A DNA stretch of 64,000 nt from IMG/VR virus record IMGVR_UViG_3300031949_000012, positions 31,290-95,289 of that record. One strand, 5' to 3'. This document shows positions 59,430 through 64,000 of the stretch, piece after piece. Below the pieces are notes generated by a model, which was not told where the DNA came from, made no database searches, and was given only the letters and a program-made list of their open reading frames with translations. Numbering within the stretch: position 1 is the stretch's first letter; the number at the start of each line of letters is the position of its first letter. The position numbers and the translations under genes are program-made. Source of the stretch: a virus.

Positions 59430-59618
59430 CTATTGGCTTTGTAGCGGTTCATCTTTATCGAATTTTCTTGGAATATTCAAGCTCTCGGCTTTTTCCCGGA
59501 GCAGCATTTCCATAACCGAAGTCTGGCTGAGGCCAAGCCTCCGGGCTATCTGGCGCAAAAGATAACGCGCCTCTTGTGTAAATCGGTATGACATTGGAAC
59601 TCTAGCCATAGTATTCAT
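59430..59618 (-). CDS. Ribbon-helix-helix (CopG/Arc-like) regulator
   Basis: MSYRFTQEARYLLRQIARRLGLSQTSVMEMLLRE pattern. Confidence 0.75.
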   Translation of the reverse strand: MNTMARVPMSYRFTQEARYLLRQIARRLGLSQTSVMEMLLREKAESLNIPRKFDKDEPLQSQ

Positions 59619-59625
59619 AACCTGT

Positions 59626-59654
59626 ATTGTATCACGAATTACTTACTTTGTCAA
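59626..59654 (-). promoter_or_regulatory. Sigma70 promoter for probable leaderless RHH mRNA
   Basis: TTGACA-17-TACAAT; ATG follows -10 after 7 nt. Confidence 0.8.
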
Positions 59655-59739
59655 GTTTCGCCCGGAAAGCCTGATTGCGGCTCAGTATACCTTTGGCGAT
59701 GTCACGATGTAAGATAGCCATAAATTCTTCTTGAACAAA

Positions 59740-60207
59740 TTATTTTTTATAACCTTTGGATATGCTTCTAATACCCCTTTTATGGCAAGGCCCACAAAGT
59801 TCATTATGGGTCAAGCCTCGCCAATAAAAGGCGCATATTTTACATTTATGTAAAATTGTTCTTCTGCTGGCTTTTGGTGCCTTATTTTCCGGTTGCTCTA
59901 AATTGTTTTTCTCTGCTTCCGCTCTCCTGGCCGCTTTGACTGCCTTTACAACTTTATTGGCTAAAACAAAGAAAATTCCGCCTGGAAAGCGTGGCCGGCT
60001 TCCATCCGGTAGCATCATAACCCCGCCCGAATTGACGAACTTTAACGTTTCGAGATAAACCAGGCGGGTTTGCTTTGCGCCGATAGAACGCAAAATTTTT
60101 CGTAGACGACCGCAATCCCCCTCGAACCTTTCTGGGTCCTTGAAAAAGGCGGCCACAATTTTATTATAAACCTCAAGTTGTTCTGGGTTCAAATCCGAGA
60201 TTGGCAT
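59740..60207 (-). CDS. PHAX-type RNA-binding domain protein
   Basis: IG...ET...GG...DGSRPRFPGGIFFVL closely resembles the PHAX RNA-binding motif (DGSRRRTPGGVF); C-terminal CxxC...CxxC. Confidence 0.72.
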   Translation of the reverse strand: MPISDLNPEQLEVYNKIVAAFFKDPERFEGDCGRLRKILRSIGAKQTRLVYLETLKFVNSGGVMMLPDGSRPRFPGGIFFVLANKVVKAVKAARRAEAEKNNLEQPENKAPKASRRTILHKCKICAFYWRGLTHNELCGPCHKRGIRSISKGYKK

Positions 60208-60229
60208 TATCAAAACCCTTTACGGAAAC

Positions 60230-60458
60230 AAAAAAGGCGCCAAGCTATCACGCCCGCGCCGCAAAATGAAAAGTCCGTCGCTCTAATCTGCAACCCCCAA
60301 AGCGAGTACAGGAATTTTGGGGTTAGCGGCCCCTCCGAAAAGGAGTTGCATATTAGAAGAACGGACTTATTTAAGATAACAAAAAAGTTTTTCATGTACC
60401 TGTACTCGCTTTTCTTTCCCCTCCGTTTGCCAGGCGGATGATTGGCTATTTAATCCTG
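60230..60458 (-). ncRNA. Structured leader/ncRNA upstream of PHAX-like gene
   Basis: Crossing stems 60271-60297/60342-60368 and 60299-60312/60399-60412; terminal hairpin plus U6. Confidence 0.58.
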
Positions 60459-60464
60459 TTTAGA

Positions 60465-60493
60465 ATGATAACCGATTTTAGCATTTTTGTCAA
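60465..60493 (-). promoter_or_regulatory. Sigma70 promoter
   Basis: TTGACA-17-TATCAT. Confidence 0.78.
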
Positions 60494-61378
60494 ATCTCGC
60501 TCTCGCTATTTAATATAGCTTTTTTCTTTGGTACGCAGCCAAGAGGCTTGCCCTCAGCGATACGCCAATGTCTGTTGCAGACCCAGATCGTTTGTCCCTG
60601 CCAGATAACTTCCTTGATACCAATGCGGGGGCAGTGTTTAGGCCATTGGCAATAATGAAAACCGCCTGGCCGATTAAACTCGTTGTCCATCGTTAAAATT
60701 CATCATAATCCTGTTCGTTGACCCATTTCCAAACATCCGGGCCATAGATTGCTTCCATAGCCGCCTCGTAGATATAGTGTTCCAGGTTTTCATCTACTTC
60801 GCCCGTCTTGACTTCCTCAATCCAAGAAGCGGTCAGCTTACGCAAGGCCGTAAAATCTTGCTGGTCAATCGCCAGCGGCGTTGGTTCATTCATCGGTTTC
60901 TCCTGTTTCTTTGAAAAAGACGCCCATTTGAAAGTCTCTGGCCAATTCCTTGATCTTTTGCCTGGCCCAGCTCATACACCATGCTTTCCCGGCTTCAAGG
61001 TGGGTTTGCTCGCCCTTGCCCTGGACGGTGAAACTGGCCGAGCTGTCACCAAACCAGACGACGCACAGCGCGTCATCATCATCGGGAAAGATAAAGAATT
61101 TGAACGGGTTCCGGTAGAACCGGGCCTCCTTACCCTTGTCGTACTCACTCCATTCCATCTTGAACCTCCTGCCTGTTTATCATCGTTATCACCGCCTTCA
61201 ATGCAGCCTCAAACTCATCTAAGATGTCCATGTATTGCTGGCTGCACAGATCGCCCCGTAAGTCGCACATGCAGCCGGTATCGGAACAGCGCTCGTCTAT
61301 TAAATCAACGAGCTTTTTCAGAGCCCGGCGGACTTTTTGCATGGTGTCCTCAGATGATGGTAGATAATCTATAGTCAT
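60490..61378 (-). CDS. Four small hypothetical ORFs (60490-60690, 60693-60893, 60886-61158, 61145-61378)
   Basis: Coupled ORFs, most with RBSs. Confidence 0.55.
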
Positions 61379-61397
61379 CGTTATAACTCCAAGAATT

Positions 61398-61533
61398 AAA
61401 AATCCCCACTTCGGGGGGATAGTGTCTCTGTCGTCTTACCATGCCGACCGACCGCAGGTAAGAACCCACTATCCCTGAAAGAGGGGATTACTCGGTCTGT
61501 TACAAGCCCTGGAGAGACAGGGCTAAATTCCTA
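61398..61533 (-). ncRNA. Structured leader/ncRNA (~135 nt)
   Basis: Long interrupted stem 61401-61489 ending in U5; 5' hairpin 61505-61524. Confidence 0.5.
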
Positions 61534-61539
61534 CTTCCC

Positions 61540-61568
61540 ATGATAAGCCAAAAATCAACTTTTGTCAA
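61540..61568 (-). promoter_or_regulatory. Sigma70 promoter
   Basis: TTGACA-17-TATCAT. Confidence 0.78.
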
Positions 61569-61634
61569 TCCAAAATTGAAAATTTGGACACCTTCTAAAG
61601 CAATTTTTTCTCCGAAGCCTTGGGATGTAGCCGG

Positions 61635-63792
61635 TCACAATGGGTTATCCTCCCCTCTGGCTACTATCCACCAGCCATATCCGTTGTTATAGGCTGTAAC
61701 TAGTAACGGATCGGATACCCCATCTGGATTAAAAGAAACCAGAATATCTTTCGCGCCATAATTTGCCAGGAGTTCTTCCTGCGAAACCTCTCTCGGATCG
61801 GTTCTCAGTCGAGATGGAGCGGAAATGAAACTTTTGTTCGGCTTGACCATTGAAATTTTTCGGAGTTTCACCAGTCACCTCCATGTCTTGATGTCCATTC
61901 TCTAAGTGCCTCTTTATACTCACCAATTGTGTTTACCCATTTGCCATCCACGACAGTCGTGTAGGGGGTTTCATCGTAACTGGGTGTATGGGTAACGATA
62001 ATACCTCTAGCGTTGAGCCGAAGTGCTTTTCAAGCACCCGCTGCGTGTGTTCGCCTTGCGGCGAGGCCAGAAAATGCTTGATAGCGGCGTAAACGTTTCT
62101 AAACATCAGTTGCTCCTTTAGTAGAACTTATCTGCGTTGAGGTCATACCAACCCAACGTTTGCTGGGCCTCTCTGTCACCCAGGAGTTCGGCCTGAACTT
62201 CTGTTTCGGAAAGCTGGCGCAGTTGATTGCCGCCCCGCGTACCAAACGATGGGTAGACATCGCGGGTATCCTGAAAGTTGTTACAGTGTGGACAACGCCA
62301 GACATCGCAATCGAGATAGCGGGTATGGGTTTTGGGGTCGAAGGGTTTCAGGCCCTTCAGCTTTTTGTTTTCGTGCCAGCCGTAATACTTGCGGCACTTC
62401 AGACATTGGTAAATGGTCATTCCTCCCTCCCTCCCGTAGTAAGGGCAGCCCGCAGTTGGTCAATGCCCAATGGGTGCTGGTCAAGCCAGCTGTCAAGTCC
62501 GGCCTCAGACATCTCTTGGACGGCCTCCATAAACTCATCGTCAGAAATGGTCTTACCACGCTCTAAATCAAGCCGCCAGGAGAAAAGCCAACTTTCCCAG
62601 TCTCTCAGGACTCTCCTAGCGGCCTTGGTCGCTTCTTCCCATTCCTTGAGAGCTTCTACTTGAATTTTATTCATTGCAAACCACCTTATAGATGGGCTTT
62701 GGTTCGGTCATCTTGACCAGTTTCAGGCGACAAACTGCGTTTTCGCCAATGGAAACACGGATGCCCAAGGTCAGCAAGATTCGCGGGAAGCTGATATGTT
62801 TGTACTCGAAATATACCGTTTTGTCAGTTAGGTGGCCCTGGTTCGGTTTGTCTACGAGCTCCCAGGCCGGGCCCAATTCGGCCCGCTTTTCGCGCAAAAA
62901 GTCTGGCAGGGCTTGATCGGCCGGCAAGTAAAAGTCAGCCCTGAGCTCGCCAAGCTGGGTGACGGTAAACAACTCCTTGTCCCAGTTGATGGGAATGTCT
63001 CCAAGGGCATACCGGGTTAATGCCGGTAAATCAGCCATTTCCAAAAGGCGTTTGATTAAGATTTCTCGGTTATTCATAGTTCGATCCCTCACTATTTCCT
63101 TAAAATCGTATGGGCGGTTCAATGCCCTGTAGTTGGATAGCTTCCTGTATGGCTATCTCGCGGTGGGCCAGCCAGGTCTTTTGCGCCAGCCAATTATAAT
63201 CCTCAAGTACCTGAAGCAGCATTTGTACCATGGCCCGCAACGCCTCAATTTCCTGCTGGTCTTTTTCCGTGGTCAAATGAATTTCACTCATCGTCGGTTT
63301 CCTTGTTTTCAATTGGCCAAATGGAGGCCCTCTGTAAACGTACTGGGTCTCCCTCGATTTTTTCCTTACAGGCGTTGCAGGCGGGCGTATCCTTGTCGCC
63401 TGACCAGCCCAGGTTGACAATCCAATACGCTTGTCTGTCTGGATGCCACCAACATAATGAGCCTTGAGCTGGTCGAGAGGTCGAATTAGTCATCATCAGC
63501 CTCCTTAATCAAAAATAAGCCGGTCTAATTGGTCTTGGGCTGTTTGGGCTTTCTGAGCGTAAAGACGCGCCTGGGTTAAAAGGGGCTCGGCCTCAGTATC
63601 AAGAGTGGAAACCTGAGCCTGAAGATCAGGTAGAGCCGGGTTGTCCGGGTCCTGAATTTCCAACTCGAACATCTGGCGCACAAGGGGCATTATCTTTTCA
63701 TCGTCGAATGAAAAATATTGCCGGTAAAATTTAGCCGCCTGTTGGCGATTATCATAAATCTCCTGGCGTAACTGAGCCTGGTCAGTCATCAT
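61635..63792 (-). CDS. Run of small hypothetical ORFs (61635-61871, 62118-62420, 62417-62674, 62667-63122, 63100-63420, 63284-63496, 63505-63792)
   Basis: Coupled ORFs; some with CxxC motifs; starts partly uncertain. Confidence 0.5.
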
Positions 63793-64000
63793 AAGTTCTC
63801 CTTTAGGCTTTGGAAGTTAGCCTTGTTTTCAGCGTTTTGATCGCTTTCCAGACGTAAACGCCCGGACAAGATAGCATCACGGGCCGGATAGCCAGGGCTT
63901 GCGGTAGAAAAGACCGGCGCCCCGGAATCAGCGATAAAGGATTGATTTATCCTTGTTTTCTCGCGTCCGTTTGGCCCCTGGTTGGCTGCCGCTTCCCATT

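Noticed and set aside
1-64000. tRNA genes, integrase/att sites, terminase/portal, alternative genetic code
   Set aside because: None recognised by eye; standard code gives dense, intact ORFs. tRNAscan/ARAGORN not run

Overview
The window is part of a tailed dsDNA phage genome, probably a long-tailed siphovirus, read with the standard bacterial code. The host is not determinable; Chloroflexota is only a weak guess. Positions 1-5049 hold a glycan-modification cassette: three glycosyltransferases, two SAM methyltransferases and one sugar acetyltransferase. Positions 5262-34688 (+) are a virion operon: protease/scaffold, decoration protein, major capsid, head-tail proteins, tail tube, a frameshifted tail chaperone, a 2765-aa tape measure, tail tip and fibres, plus an orphan receiver-domain protein. 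Positions 34730-64000 (-) are a convergent early/replication arm: RecT-like protein, DnaB-like ATPase, SbcC/SbcD, Gp37Gp68, ThiF-like protein, 5'-3' exonuclease, DNA methyltransferase, RNA ligase, RHH regulator, PHAX-like RNA-binding protein and many small ORFs. No terminase, portal, integrase, tRNA or CRISPR array was recognised. The most striking signal is non-coding. Several near-consensus sigma70 promoters on the minus strand each drive a short ORF-less transcript ending in a hairpin. Three of them (about 4.2, 39.5 and 43.9 kb) are made largely of anti-Shine-Dalgarno tracts complementary to the RBS/start regions of distant phage genes. The 43.9-kb RNA matches the initiation regions of the capsid, decoration, tail-tube and scaffold genes. 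The 4.2-kb RNA matches early-arm RBSs, with up to 17 perfectly matching nt. This suggests a phage-encoded trans-acting anti-RBS sRNA network, possibly assisted by the PHAX-like protein. All alignments and folds were done by eye, and protein family calls come from motif recognition, not database searches.
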